A stretch of DNA of 37,432 nt from Solirubrobacteraceae bacterium (GTDB lineage: Bacteria; Actinomycetota; Thermoleophilia; Solirubrobacterales; Solirubrobacteraceae). A model generated the notes under the pieces. The model was not told where the DNA came from and ran no database searches. It was given only the letters and a program-made list of their open reading frames with translations. The stretch is from assembly GCA_033855555.1 (NCBI GenBank), contig JAWVFZ010000019.1:1-37432 (forward strand), given 5' to 3'. Within the stretch, counting starts at the first letter, position 1. The number at the start of each line of letters is the position of its first letter. Of the stretch, positions 10,271 to 19,420 are shown piece after piece. A program made the translations under genes and the position numbers.

Positions 10271-10798
10271 ATGAGCGCAGGGTTTCCAGAGGGGCTGACC
10301 GTCGAGCGCGACCGCGATCTCGCCGGTCGAGGCGGGCATGTGTGGGTGCGTCGCGCGGGTCTCTTGGTGCTGTGCGCGTTCATCGCCGCCGCGCTGCTCA
10401 ACGTGTTCGGGCAACACCAGGAGACGTCGGTCGCGCAGGGCGCGGGGACGCGTCTGACCGTGGAGGCGCCGCACGCGCTGCGCGGCGGGGACATCGTTCA
10501 ACTCCACCTGACGATCTCGACGACACCGGGGATCGCCAATCTGCGGCTCCATTTCAGCCAAAGCTTCCTGGATGGCTTCACGTTCAACACGGTGACGCCT
10601 GATGCCTCCAACCAGGCCGGTATCAACGGTCCTGTGGCGCTCGAGTACGGCCGTCTGGACAGCGGGAACCGGATGGAGATCTACATCGAAGGCCAGGTCA
10701 ACCCGAACACCGTCGGACGCCGCCACTGGGACATCGACATCTACGACGGCACGAAGCGCCTCACGGGCTTTCACCGGACCATGACGGTCTTCCCTTAG
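10271..10798 (+). CDS. Hypothetical N-terminally anchored extracytoplasmic protein
   Basis: One TM (AGLLVLCAFIAAALLNVF) followed by a beta-rich domain. High GC3. 2-nt gap to the next gene. Confidence 0.6.
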   Translation: MSAGFPEGLTVERDRDLAGRGGHVWVRRAGLLVLCAFIAAALLNVFGQHQETSVAQGAGTRLTVEAPHALRGGDIVQLHLTISTTPGIANLRLHFSQSFLDGFTFNTVTPDASNQAGINGPVALEYGRLDSGNRMEIYIEGQVNPNTVGRRHWDIDIYDGTKRLTGFHRTMTVFP

Positions 10799-10800
10799 CC

Positions 10801-11238
10801 ATGGACATCGTCTTCCGCGCAGCCGCGATCTTCGCCGCGATCTTCCTCATCATGCGGGTGATAGGACGGCGCGAGCTGGCCTCGATGGAGCCGTTCGACC
10901 TCATTCTGCTCGTGGTGATGGGCGACCTGATCCAGCAGGGCGTCACTCAGGACGACTACTCGGTCACCGGCGCAGTCCTCGCCATCGCGACGATCGCGCT
11001 GCTGACCGTGCTGGTGAGCTACCTGGGCTACCGGTCAAAACGACTTCGGCCCGTGCTCGAGGGCGAGCCGCTGGTGCTGGTCGAGGACGGCCGGCCGATC
11101 GAGCGCAACATGCGCCGCGAGCGCATCACTGTCGAGGAGCTTTCCGCGGAGGCGCGCCTACAGCAGATTGCGTCGATTGCGGATGTCCGCTTCGCGGTAT
11201 TGGAAACCAACGGGCGGATTTCGTTCATCAAGCGGTGA
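10801..11238 (+). CDS. DUF421 (YetF-like) membrane protein
   Basis: N-terminal TM pair plus a C-terminal soluble region (EPLVLVEDGRPIERNMRRERITVEEL) typical of the DUF421 family as I recall it. Confidence 0.65.
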   Translation: MDIVFRAAAIFAAIFLIMRVIGRRELASMEPFDLILLVVMGDLIQQGVTQDDYSVTGAVLAIATIALLTVLVSYLGYRSKRLRPVLEGEPLVLVEDGRPIERNMRRERITVEELSAEARLQQIASIADVRFAVLETNGRISFIKR

Positions 11239-11242
11239 GGCC

Positions 11243-12235
11243 ATGGGCTGGCGCACGTACCTCCTCGCGGGCGCAGTGTTGCTATCGGGGTGCGGGGGCA
11301 GGCAGTCGACGCTCGACACGCACAGCCCGCAGACCCACGACATCGCGGTCCTCTGGTGGTGGATGCTCGGCATCGCGTCGGTGGTGTTCTTCGGGGCGGT
11401 CGGGCTGCTGGCGCTGGCCTGGTTGCGGCGGCGGACCCCGGGGCTGCCGGTCGTAGGCGAGAACGAGGGCATCAACCGCAACCTCGTCCTCGCGTTCGGC
11501 ATCGCCATCCCGATCGTGGTGCTCGTCACGCTGTTCCTCGTCGCCAACGTGACGGTCCTGGGGGCGACCGCCGCGCCCAGGCCCGGATCGACGGCGATGA
11601 CGATCCGGGTCGTCGGCCACCAATGGTTCTGGGAGATCCGCTACCCCGGCACGGCTGCGGTCACCGCCAACGAGATCCACATCCCCACGCGCACGCGCGT
11701 GAACGTCGTCGCCGCCACCGGCGACGTGATCCACAGCCTCTGGGTCCCCGAGCTCAACCGCAAGGTCGACACGGTTCCCGGCCGCGCCAACCGCATCTTG
11801 CTCTATGCCGACAAGCCCGGGACCTACCGCGGCCAGTGCTCGGAGTTCTGCGGGCTGCAGCACGCACACATGGCGCTGCAGGTCGTCGCCGAGGCGCCGG
11901 TCCAGTACCGCGCCTGGCTGGCGAACATGGCCCGGCCGGCGCGGGCGCCGGCCACGCCCCAGCAGACCGCCGGGCGCGCGACCTTCCTGGCGACGACGTG
12001 CTCCAGCTGCCATGCGATCCGCGGGACGGAAGCGCGCGCCGATGTCGGCCCCGACCTCACGCACGTCGCCACGCGGGCGACGCTGGCGTCGGACACGATC
12101 CCGAACACCCCGGCTGAGCTGCTTGGCTGGATCAGCGACCCCCAGCACGTCAAGCCCGGCGCGAAGATGCCCGGCCTGAGCCTGACGCCGGCGCAGTTCC
12201 GCGAGATCGCCGCCTACCTGGAGAGCCTGCGCTGA
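11243..12235 (+). CDS. ctaC: Cytochrome c oxidase subunit II with a fused C-terminal cytochrome c domain (caa3 type)
   Basis: Lipobox LLSGC, two TM helices, CuA site HSLWVPE...CSEFCGLQHAHM, and a C-terminal CSSCH heme-c motif with GPDLTH and KMP. I prefer the ATG at 11243 over the track start at 11168. Confidence 0.92.
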   Translation: MGWRTYLLAGAVLLSGCGGRQSTLDTHSPQTHDIAVLWWWMLGIASVVFFGAVGLLALAWLRRRTPGLPVVGENEGINRNLVLAFGIAIPIVVLVTLFLVANVTVLGATAAPRPGSTAMTIRVVGHQWFWEIRYPGTAAVTANEIHIPTRTRVNVVAATGDVIHSLWVPELNRKVDTVPGRANRILLYADKPGTYRGQCSEFCGLQHAHMALQVVAEAPVQYRAWLANMARPARAPATPQQTAGRATFLATTCSSCHAIRGTEARADVGPDLTHVATRATLASDTIPNTPAELLGWISDPQHVKPGAKMPGLSLTPAQFREIAAYLESLR

Positions 12236-12236
12236 G

Positions 12237-14144
12237 ATGTCGGCGGTTGCCGACACGTCGCAAGGCCGCGCCCGCGCCGACCGCCTCGAGCGCATCTGGC
12301 GCGAGCCGTCCGGGCTGTTCGGCTGGCTGAAGACCACCGACCACAAGCGGATCGGCCTGATGTACCTGTTCGCGTCGCTGACCTTCTTCGCGGCGGGCGG
12401 CACCGAGGCGCTGCTCATCCGCACGCAGCTCATCGGCCCCGACATCCACGTGCTCGGGCCCCAGGCCTACAACCAGGTCTTCACGATGCACGGGATCACG
12501 ATGATCTTCCTGTTCGTGATCCCGATCGCGACGGGAGCGTTCGGGAACTACCTCGTGCCGCTGATGATCGGCGCGCGGGACATGGCCTTCCCGCGGCTGA
12601 ACGCGCTGTCGTTCTGGATCTTCGCCGCGTCGGGAATCTTCATGTACACGGGGATGGCGATCGGCCAGGCGCCCGACGCGGGCTGGTTCGACTACGTCCC
12701 GCTGGCCTCACGGGCGTTCAGCCCGGGGCGCGGGATCGACTTCTACGCGCTCGGGCTGATCTTCAACAGCATCTCGACGACCGCGGCGGCGGTGAACTTC
12801 ATCGTGACGATCTTCCGCATGCGCGCACCGGGCATGTCGCTCAACCGCATGCCGTTGTTCTGCTACGCGTTCCTGGCGACCTCGTTCGCGCTCGTGTTCG
12901 CGCTCCCGGCGCTGACCTGCGCGCTGGTGTTCCTGGAGCTCGACCGCCGCCTCGGATTCAACTTCTACGACGCCTCGCAGGGCGGCGACCCGCTGCTCTG
13001 GCAGCACCTGTTCTGGATCTTCGGCCACCCCGAGGTCTACATCATCATCCTGCCCGCGTTCGGGATCGCGACGTCGATCATCCCGGCGTTCACCCGCCGG
13101 CGGATGGTCGCGTTCCCGCTCGTCGCGCTTGCCGAGCTGCTCGTCGCGTTCATCGGCTTCGGCGTGTGGGCGCACCACATGTTCGCCACCGGGCTGTCGA
13201 ACGCGACCGTCGTGTTCTTCGCCGCGGCCAGCCTGATCATCGTGATCCCCAGCGGCATCCAGCTGTTCGCGTGGCTCATGACGATCCTCAGCGGGACGCC
13301 GTCCTTCCGCACGCCGCTGCTGTTCATCGGCGGCTTCATCGTCTTCTTCCTGCTCGGCGGCCTGTCGGGCGTGGCGTTCGCCGCGATCCCGTTCGATCAG
13401 CAGCTCACCGACACGTACTTCGTCGTCGCGCACTTCCACTTCGTGATCTTCGGCGCGGCGGTGTTCCCGATCCTGGGCGGCCTGCACTACTGGTTCCCGA
13501 AGGTCACCGGGCGGATGTACCACGAGGGCGTCGGCGTGCTGAGCTTCTGGCTGGCATTCGCCGGCACCGCGCTGACCTTCTTCCCGATGCACATCGCGGG
13601 GCTGCTCGGGATGCCGCGCCGCGTCTACACCTACCCGGCTGACCTCGGCTGGAGTGGGCTCAACCTGCTCGAGTCGATCGGCGCCTACGTGCTGAGCGCC
13701 GGCCTGCTGCTGATCGCGGCGAACCTGCTCGTCAGCTTGCGCCGTGGCGCGATTGCGGGACCAGACCCTTGGCATGGCCCGACGCTCGAGTGGACGATCC
13801 CCTCGCCGCCGCCCGCCTACAACTTCGCCGTCATCCCGCAGGTGACGAGCCCGTACGCCAACTGGGACGAGCAGGATCGCGCGGCGGACCTGCGCGCGCT
13901 GGATGCCGGCGAGCGCGTGCTCGAGCAGGGCCACGAGACGCCTTCGAGCACGGTGCTCGACGCCGAGTGGGACGAGGCGCTCGACATGCCCTCAGAGTCG
14001 GGCTGGCCGATCCTTTTGGCCGCCACGCTGGCGCTCGTGTTCACCATGCTGCTGCTCGGCCACTGGGTGACGGCATCCGTGTTCGCCGGGCTTCTCGGCC
14101 TCGTGCTGTTCGCGTGGCACCTTGAGGAGCCGCAGGAGGGATGA
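12237..14144 (+). CDS. ctaD: Cytochrome c oxidase subunit I (long form with two extra C-terminal helices)
   Basis: Canonical heme-copper oxidase subunit I blocks (WFFGHPEVY-like LFWIFGHPEVYIIILP, HHMF, VAHFHFV). Starts 1 nt after the ctaC stop. Confidence 0.97.
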   Translation: MSAVADTSQGRARADRLERIWREPSGLFGWLKTTDHKRIGLMYLFASLTFFAAGGTEALLIRTQLIGPDIHVLGPQAYNQVFTMHGITMIFLFVIPIATGAFGNYLVPLMIGARDMAFPRLNALSFWIFAASGIFMYTGMAIGQAPDAGWFDYVPLASRAFSPGRGIDFYALGLIFNSISTTAAAVNFIVTIFRMRAPGMSLNRMPLFCYAFLATSFALVFALPALTCALVFLELDRRLGFNFYDASQGGDPLLWQHLFWIFGHPEVYIIILPAFGIATSIIPAFTRRRMVAFPLVALAELLVAFIGFGVWAHHMFATGLSNATVVFFAAASLIIVIPSGIQLFAWLMTILSGTPSFRTPLLFIGGFIVFFLLGGLSGVAFAAIPFDQQLTDTYFVVAHFHFVIFGAAVFPILGGLHYWFPKVTGRMYHEGVGVLSFWLAFAGTALTFFPMHIAGLLGMPRRVYTYPADLGWSGLNLLESIGAYVLSAGLLLIAANLLVSLRRGAIAGPDPWHGPTLEWTIPSPPPAYNFAVIPQVTSPYANWDEQDRAADLRALDAGERVLEQGHETPSSTVLDAEWDEALDMPSESGWPILLAATLALVFTMLLLGHWVTASVFAGLLGLVLFAWHLEEPQEG

Positions 14145-14761
14145 GCCCCGTCACGCGCAGCCTGCAGGCGACGACGCCGGCGGAGGTCCGCGCGGTGGAG
14201 CGCCGCCGCGAGAGCCTGCCCAACGGCGTCTGGGGCGTCGCGCTGCTGATCGCCACCGAGGCGACGCTGTTCGGCCTGGTGCTGGGGTCCTACTGGTATC
14301 TGCGCTTCCGCGCGCGCGGCTGGCCGCCGGCGGGAATCGAGCACCCGAAGGTCCTGCTGCCGCTCGTGCTGGTCGCGGCGCTCGTGGCGACGAGCGTCCC
14401 GCTGCTGTTCGCCGTTCGCGCCGCGCGCGACGGGCGGCCCGGTGCTGCGCGCGCCCTGCTCGTGCTGGCGCTGCTCGTCCAGGCCGGGTACCTCGCCGGG
14501 CAGATGCTGCTGTTCTTCGACGACCTCGACTCGTTCTCGCCGCGCGCGAGCGCGTATGGCTCGGTCTACTTCGGGATGCTCGGGCTGCACCACGCGCACG
14601 TCGCCGTGGGCATCCTGCTCGAGGTCGGGATCCTCGCCCGGCTGGCGCGCGGCCTGACGGCCTACCGCGTGACCGGGCTGCGTGCGATCGCGTGGTACTG
14701 GTACTTCGTCAACGCGCTGGCGGTCCTCATCGTGCTCACGCAGGTGTCGCCGTCGCTATGA
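14141..14761 (+). CDS. ctaE: Cytochrome c oxidase subunit III (short 5-TM form)
   Basis: Subunit III-like helices (ATEATLFGLVLGSYWYLR, YFGMLGLHHAHV, AWYWYFV). ATGA overlap with ctaD. Confidence 0.9.
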   Translation: MSPVTRSLQATTPAEVRAVERRRESLPNGVWGVALLIATEATLFGLVLGSYWYLRFRARGWPPAGIEHPKVLLPLVLVAALVATSVPLLFAVRAARDGRPGAARALLVLALLVQAGYLAGQMLLFFDDLDSFSPRASAYGSVYFGMLGLHHAHVAVGILLEVGILARLARGLTAYRVTGLRAIAWYWYFVNALAVLIVLTQVSPSL

Positions 14762-15132
14762 GCGCATTGCGGCGCCCCAGCCGCCTCGTCTGGATCGGCA
14801 TCGGGGCCGCGCCGCTGGCGTGGGCGACCCAGCACGTCATGGGTGTGGCGTTCGCGCTGGCGCAATGCGATCCCGCGGGCGCGAGGTGGCGGCTCCCGGT
14901 GCGCGGCTGGGACGTGGGTACGGCAATCGCCGCCGCCGTTGTCGCGCTCGCCGGGATCGCCGCCGCCGTGGTCGCGTTCCTGGACACCCGCGCGCTCCAG
15001 GACGAGCCGCCGCCGGCCTCGCGCATCCGCTTCATGGCGGTCCTGGGGATGACCATCAGCCCGCTGTTCCTCGCGATCATCGTCCTGGACGGCCTCGGCA
15101 GCGGCCTTGTCGACGTGTGCCGGCAGTCATGA
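14758..15132 (+). CDS. Unassigned 124-aa, 3-TM membrane protein in the position of oxidase subunit IV (CtaF); the family is not recognisable by eye
   Basis: ATG at 14758 overlaps the ctaE stop (ATGA) and its own stop overlaps the qcrC start (ATGA). Three hydrophobic segments and high GC3. It lies inside the longer artefactual track ORF 14122..15132. Confidence 0.6.
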   Translation: MSALRRPSRLVWIGIGAAPLAWATQHVMGVAFALAQCDPAGARWRLPVRGWDVGTAIAAAVVALAGIAAAVVAFLDTRALQDEPPPASRIRFMAVLGMTISPLFLAIIVLDGLGSGLVDVCRQS

Positions 15133-15911
15133 GGCGCCTGGCGCTCACCGCAGCCCTCCTGTCGGTTGCGGCGCCCGCCGCCGCGCAGCCCCCGGCGGGC
15201 GTGCAGCGCCCGAGCAACGAAGCCGCGCTGTCACAGCTCCAGCTCGGCGCCGCGCTGTACGCCGGCAACTGCTCGAGCTGCCACGGCGTCGACGGGCGCG
15301 GGATCCAGAACGCCGGCCAGTCCAATGGCTCACAGGACGTGCGCGGCCTGGGGCCGGCGGTGCGCGGGACCGGAGCGCAGGCGCCCGACTTCTACCTGCG
15401 CACCGGCTACATGCCGCTCGGCCAGCCCGGCGAGCAGCCGGAGCGCAGCCGGCCGCTGTTTCGCGACAACGAGATCCGGGCGATGGTCGCCTACATCGCG
15501 TCGCTGGGCGGCGGGCCCGCGATCCCGTCGCCCCAGCCGCAGCGCGGGAACCTGCACGAGGGAATGCGCCTGTTCGCGAGCCATTGCTCGGGCTGCCACC
15601 AGATCGCGGCGCGCGGCGGCGTGGTCACCGGCGCGCGCGTCCCGCCGCTGCAGGCCGCGACGCCGGTCCAGATCGCTGAGGCGGTGCGCATCGGCCCATA
15701 CCTGATGCCGAAGTTCTCCGAGCGCGAGATCACCCCGAAGGAGCTCGACTCGATCGTGCGCTACGTGGGCTTCGTTCGCCACCCGCCCGACCGCGGCGGC
15801 TGGGGGATCGGGAATGTCGGGCCCGTGCCCGAGGGCCTGGTGACCTGGCTGCTGGCCGCGGCCGTCCTGCTGGCGACGTGCATGGCGATCGGAAGGAGGC
15901 TCGAGCGATGA
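15129..15911 (+). CDS. qcrC: Diheme cytochrome c subunit of the menaquinol:cytochrome c reductase
   Basis: Signal peptide, two CxxCH motifs (CSSCH, CSGCH), and a C-terminal TM anchor (LVTWLLAAAVLLATCMAIG). Confidence 0.9.
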   Translation: MRRLALTAALLSVAAPAAAQPPAGVQRPSNEAALSQLQLGAALYAGNCSSCHGVDGRGIQNAGQSNGSQDVRGLGPAVRGTGAQAPDFYLRTGYMPLGQPGEQPERSRPLFRDNEIRAMVAYIASLGGGPAIPSPQPQRGNLHEGMRLFASHCSGCHQIAARGGVVTGARVPPLQAATPVQIAEAVRIGPYLMPKFSEREITPKELDSIVRYVGFVRHPPDRGGWGIGNVGPVPEGLVTWLLAAAVLLATCMAIGRRLER

Positions 15912-16909
15912 AGCGTTGGCTGGCGCTGCTGCTTGCGGTGCTCAACGGCCTGCGACGGCGCCGGCTGCGCCGGAGCGAGGCCGAGGAAGAACGGCGCGGG
16001 CGGATCGTCCCTCCGGGCTCCCCCGAGCGGGGCTGGGAGACCGCCGTGATCGTGCTGCTGTTCGCGGCGGCGCTGTGCGCGGTCGGATTCCTCGTCATCT
16101 ATGCCGTCGACAGCCTCGGAAACCGCACCCAGCTGTTCGGGCTGACGCTCGGCGGAAGCCTCGGGCTGCTGGCGGCCGCGCTGATCATCGTCGGGCGCCA
16201 GCTTGTGGTGACCGAGGAGAACGAGGAGGAGTTCCCGGAGGCCGAGCATCCCCGGGAGCAGGAGGCGATCGCCCAGGTCGTCGACGAGAGCACGAGCCGC
16301 CTCACGCGCAAGCGCCTGCTGCTGGGCGCCGGTGGCGCGGCCGGCGGTGCGCTCAGCCTCGCGGCGCTGGCGCCCGCCCTGTCGCTCGGGCCGCTGCTGG
16401 ACACCGATCCGCTGTACGCGACGCCGTGGCGCCGCGGGGTGCGGCTGATCGGCGAGGACGGCCTGCCGCTGCGCGCCGACGCCGTCGAGGAGGACAGCTT
16501 CTACACGGCCTTCCCGGCGCACGCGAAGCGCGATGACATCGCCGCGCCGGTCGTCGTCGTGCGCCTGAACCCCGCCAAGCTGCGGCTGCCGCCCGAGCGG
16601 GCGCGCTGGGCGCCCGGCGGCATCCTGGCCTACTCGAAGGCGTGCACGCACGCCGGCTGTGCGATCGCGCTCTACCGCAAGCCGACGTTCACCCCGACCG
16701 AGCCGCGCCCCGCCCTCGTCTGTCCGTGCCACTACTCGACGTTCGATCCGGCCACGGGCGGAGAGGTCATGTCCGGCCCCGCCGGGCGCCCGCTTCCGCA
16801 ACTGCCGCTGATGGTCGGCGCCGACGGCGTGTTGCGCGCCGGCGGCAACTACTCGGGGCCCGTGGGGCCGAGCTGGAGCGGCGTCCGCTCGCGGAGGCCG
16901 GGTCGATGA
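15908..16909 (+). CDS. qcrA: Rieske iron-sulfur subunit of the bc1 complex (actinobacterial 3-TM type)
   Basis: Three N-terminal hydrophobic segments. Rieske boxes CTHAGC and CPCHYS. ATGA overlaps on both sides. Confidence 0.9.
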   Translation: MKRWLALLLAVLNGLRRRRLRRSEAEEERRGRIVPPGSPERGWETAVIVLLFAAALCAVGFLVIYAVDSLGNRTQLFGLTLGGSLGLLAAALIIVGRQLVVTEENEEEFPEAEHPREQEAIAQVVDESTSRLTRKRLLLGAGGAAGGALSLAALAPALSLGPLLDTDPLYATPWRRGVRLIGEDGLPLRADAVEEDSFYTAFPAHAKRDDIAAPVVVVRLNPAKLRLPPERARWAPGGILAYSKACTHAGCAIALYRKPTFTPTEPRPALVCPCHYSTFDPATGGEVMSGPAGRPLPQLPLMVGADGVLRAGGNYSGPVGPSWSGVRSRRPGR

Positions 16910-18279
16910 TCCGCCGCTTCGTCGGCACGGTCGACCGCGCGACCGGCGCCTCGCCGCTCTTGCGCAAGGCGATGCGCTACCTGTTTCCCGACCACTGGTC
17001 GTTCCTGCTGGGCGAGGTCGCGCTGTACGCCTTCATGGTCCTCGTCGCCACGGGGATCTACCTGACGCTGTTCTTCGAGCCGAGCCTCACGAAGACCACC
17101 TACGACGGCGTCTACGAGCCGCTGCGCGGCGCCCAGATGAGCCAGGCCTACAAGTCGGTCGTCGACATCTCCTACGACGTCAAGGCCGGCCTGCTGATCC
17201 GCCAGACCCACCACTGGGCCGCGGATGTCTTCGTCGCCGCGATCGTGCTGCACGTGCTGCGCGTGTTCTTCACCGGCGCCTTCCGGCGCCCTCGCCAGCT
17301 GACCTGGATGATCGGCGTGGTGATGCTGTTCGCGTCGCTGGTCGAGGGCTACGCGGGCTACTCGATGGTCGACGACCTGCTGTCGGGGATGGGGCTGGCG
17401 ATCGGCTACAGCGTCGCGTTGTCGACGCCCGTGATCGGCGGCAACCTCGGGCTGGGTATCTGGGGCGGCCCGTACCCGGGCAGCCACGCGTTCGAGTCGC
17501 GCCTGTACATCGCGCACGTCCTGCTGTTCCCGGTGCTGATCGGGACGCTGCTCGCCGTCCACCTCGCGCTGGTGGCGGCGCGACACCACACGCAGTTCCG
17601 GACCTCCCCGCGGGCGACGGAAAAGCGGCTCATCGGGGTGCCGACGTTCCCCGGCCAGGCGCCGCGGTCGCTGGGGCTGATGTTGGCCGTCGCCGCGATG
17701 CTGGTGCTGCTTGGCGGGCTCGTGCAGATCAACCCGATCTGGCAGTGGGGGCCCTACGACGTCGCCCTGGGAACGAATGGCGCCCAGCCCGACTGGTACC
17801 TGGGCTGGCTGATCGGCGCGCTGCGGTTGATGCCGGGCTTCGACGTGACGATCGGCGACTACACGCTCGTCCCCAACCCGTTCTGGGGCGGCGCGCTGTT
17901 CCCGCTGATCGTCGTGGCGGTCATGCTGCTGATCCCGTTCGCCGAGGGCCGGCTGACCGGCGACCGCGGCCCCCACAACGTGCTGGACCGCCCGCGCGAC
18001 GCACCGGGGCGAACGGCGTTCGGGCTGGCCTTCCTGACCTGGGTGGTCCTCATCTTCGTCGCGGGGTCCGCCGATCGCGCGACGGTCTTCTTCGGGGCCG
18101 ATTACGAGACCCAGATGTGGATCTACCGAGCCCTGGTCGTCTTCGCTCCGTTCGTGGTGTTCGTGATCGCGCGGCGCGTCTGCCGGGAGCTGCAGCTGGC
18201 TGAGCGGCTGGCCGAGGACCGGCGCGCAGCCGAGGACGAGGCCGAGCAGGTCTCGCTGCCGGTCTCGCCGGTCGGCTAG
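16906..18279 (+). CDS. qcrB: Cytochrome b subunit of the bc1 complex (long fused b6/subunit IV-like form)
   Basis: LFPDHWSFLLGEVALY N-terminus, conserved His in helices (HHWAADVF..., HLALVAARHH), about 9 TM helices, and a charged C-terminal tail. Confidence 0.92.
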   Translation: MIRRFVGTVDRATGASPLLRKAMRYLFPDHWSFLLGEVALYAFMVLVATGIYLTLFFEPSLTKTTYDGVYEPLRGAQMSQAYKSVVDISYDVKAGLLIRQTHHWAADVFVAAIVLHVLRVFFTGAFRRPRQLTWMIGVVMLFASLVEGYAGYSMVDDLLSGMGLAIGYSVALSTPVIGGNLGLGIWGGPYPGSHAFESRLYIAHVLLFPVLIGTLLAVHLALVAARHHTQFRTSPRATEKRLIGVPTFPGQAPRSLGLMLAVAAMLVLLGGLVQINPIWQWGPYDVALGTNGAQPDWYLGWLIGALRLMPGFDVTIGDYTLVPNPFWGGALFPLIVVAVMLLIPFAEGRLTGDRGPHNVLDRPRDAPGRTAFGLAFLTWVVLIFVAGSADRATVFFGADYETQMWIYRALVVFAPFVVFVIARRVCRELQLAERLAEDRRAAEDEAEQVSLPVSPVG

Positions 18280-18336
18280 CGGTTTCGACGCTCGCGAGCG
18301 ATTGCAAAGCATCCGACAAGGGAATGTGAATGTCAG

Positions 18337-19092
18337 ATGGGGAACGTCATAAGAGTGCTCGAATCCGATCCCGATCTCGGGAGCGCACTAGCTCCCGAGG
18401 TCTTCGCGGTGGCCTCGCGCCATGCGCTGGCCGAGGTCAGGGAGATCCCGCAGGGGGAGTGGGATCCGAACTCGATCTACGACGGCGGCCACCCGCTCGT
18501 CGGCCTGCTGATCATCGATGGGCTGCTTACGCGCGACATGTCGTTCGCCGGGCGGATGACGAGCGAGCTCATGGGGGCGGGCGACCTACTGCGCCCATGG
18601 GACCAGGACGCAGCGTTCGCCCCCATGCCCCTCGATGTGACCTGGGCCGTACTCGAGAAGACCCAGGTCGCCATCCTCGATCGCCACTTCGCGGCTGTCA
18701 TCGGCCGCTGGCCCGTGCTCATCGACGCTGTGACCGGGCGTGCGGTCAAGCGCTCGCGCGCGCTCGCGTTCCAGCTGGCGATCAGCCAGGTCACGCGCGT
18801 GGACGAGCGCCTGCTCGTGCTGATGTGGCATTTGGCGGAGCGCTGGGGCCGTGTCGGGCCCGATGGCGTCCGCGTCCCGCTGCGGCTCACGCACGAGGCG
18901 CTCGGGCGCCTGGTGGGTGCGCGCCGGCCGTCGGTCACGACGGCGCTCACCGGCCTCTCCAAGCGCGGCTTCGTGCAGCGCACCCCGTCCGGCTGGATGC
19001 TCCACGGCGATCCGACCGAGCAGCTGGCAGAGCTCACGAGCGACAACCAGACGGACACGGTCGCGGAATCGGTCGCGGAGCCCGCGGCGTAG
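18337..19092 (+). CDS. Crp/Fnr family transcriptional regulator
   Basis: N-terminal cNMP-binding-like fold and a C-terminal HTH (LTHEALGRLVGARRPSVTTALTGLSKRGFV). Confidence 0.8.
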   Translation: MGNVIRVLESDPDLGSALAPEVFAVASRHALAEVREIPQGEWDPNSIYDGGHPLVGLLIIDGLLTRDMSFAGRMTSELMGAGDLLRPWDQDAAFAPMPLDVTWAVLEKTQVAILDRHFAAVIGRWPVLIDAVTGRAVKRSRALAFQLAISQVTRVDERLLVLMWHLAERWGRVGPDGVRVPLRLTHEALGRLVGARRPSVTTALTGLSKRGFVQRTPSGWMLHGDPTEQLAELTSDNQTDTVAESVAEPAA

Positions 19093-19101
19093 GCTCCGCC
19101 T

Positions 19102-19323
19102 ATGCCCCCGGATCGCCGACCGACGCCCTACCGCCCGCTCGTCGCAGTCGGCCTGGTCGCGCTGATCGCCGGGATCGCGCTGACCGCCACCGAGCATGCG
19201 GTGGTGATCGTGGTCGTGGGGCTGCTGCTGCTGGGCATCGGCGGCGTGACGCTCGTATCGCTCGGGTTCCTCGCGATCGGCGAGAGCGAGGATCGCCACC
19301 GCCGCGACAACCCGCACGGCTGA
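19102..19323 (+). CDS. Hypothetical small 2-TM membrane protein (73 aa)
   Basis: Two hydrophobic helices and high GC3. No clear SD. Confidence 0.45.
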   Translation: MPPDRRPTPYRPLVAVGLVALIAGIALTATEHAVVIVVVGLLLLGIGGVTLVSLGFLAIGESEDRHRRDNPHG

Positions 19324-19420
19324 AGCTCAGACGTCCGGGAAGAGGCGCTCGGGGAGATCTCCCGCCGGACCGTCCGGGCCGTGCTGGGCGGCCATGAGTC
19401 GCACGCCCGCACGGCCTCGA

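Noticed and set aside
13830-14144. About 90-aa C-terminal extension of CtaD with two extra TM helices, considered as a novel subunit I-IV or I-III fusion
   Set aside because: Long 14-helix CtaD proteins of about 620 aa are, to my knowledge, the normal form in Bacillus-type caa3 oxidases. This fits the caa3 assignment and is not a novelty.
18325-18339. TGTGA half-site just upstream of the Crp/Fnr gene, considered as an autoregulatory CRP box
   Set aside because: Only one half of TGTGA-N6-TCACA is present, since the downstream half reads GATGG. It also overlaps the start codon. The evidence is insufficient.
19352-19377. Palindrome GGGAGATCTCCC and the nearby CCGGAC-C-GTCCGG in the convergent gap between the small membrane ORF and the TPP enzyme gene, considered as a bidirectional terminator
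   Set aside because: As RNA these give only 4-5 bp stems with minimal loops and no U-tracts. That is too weak to call.
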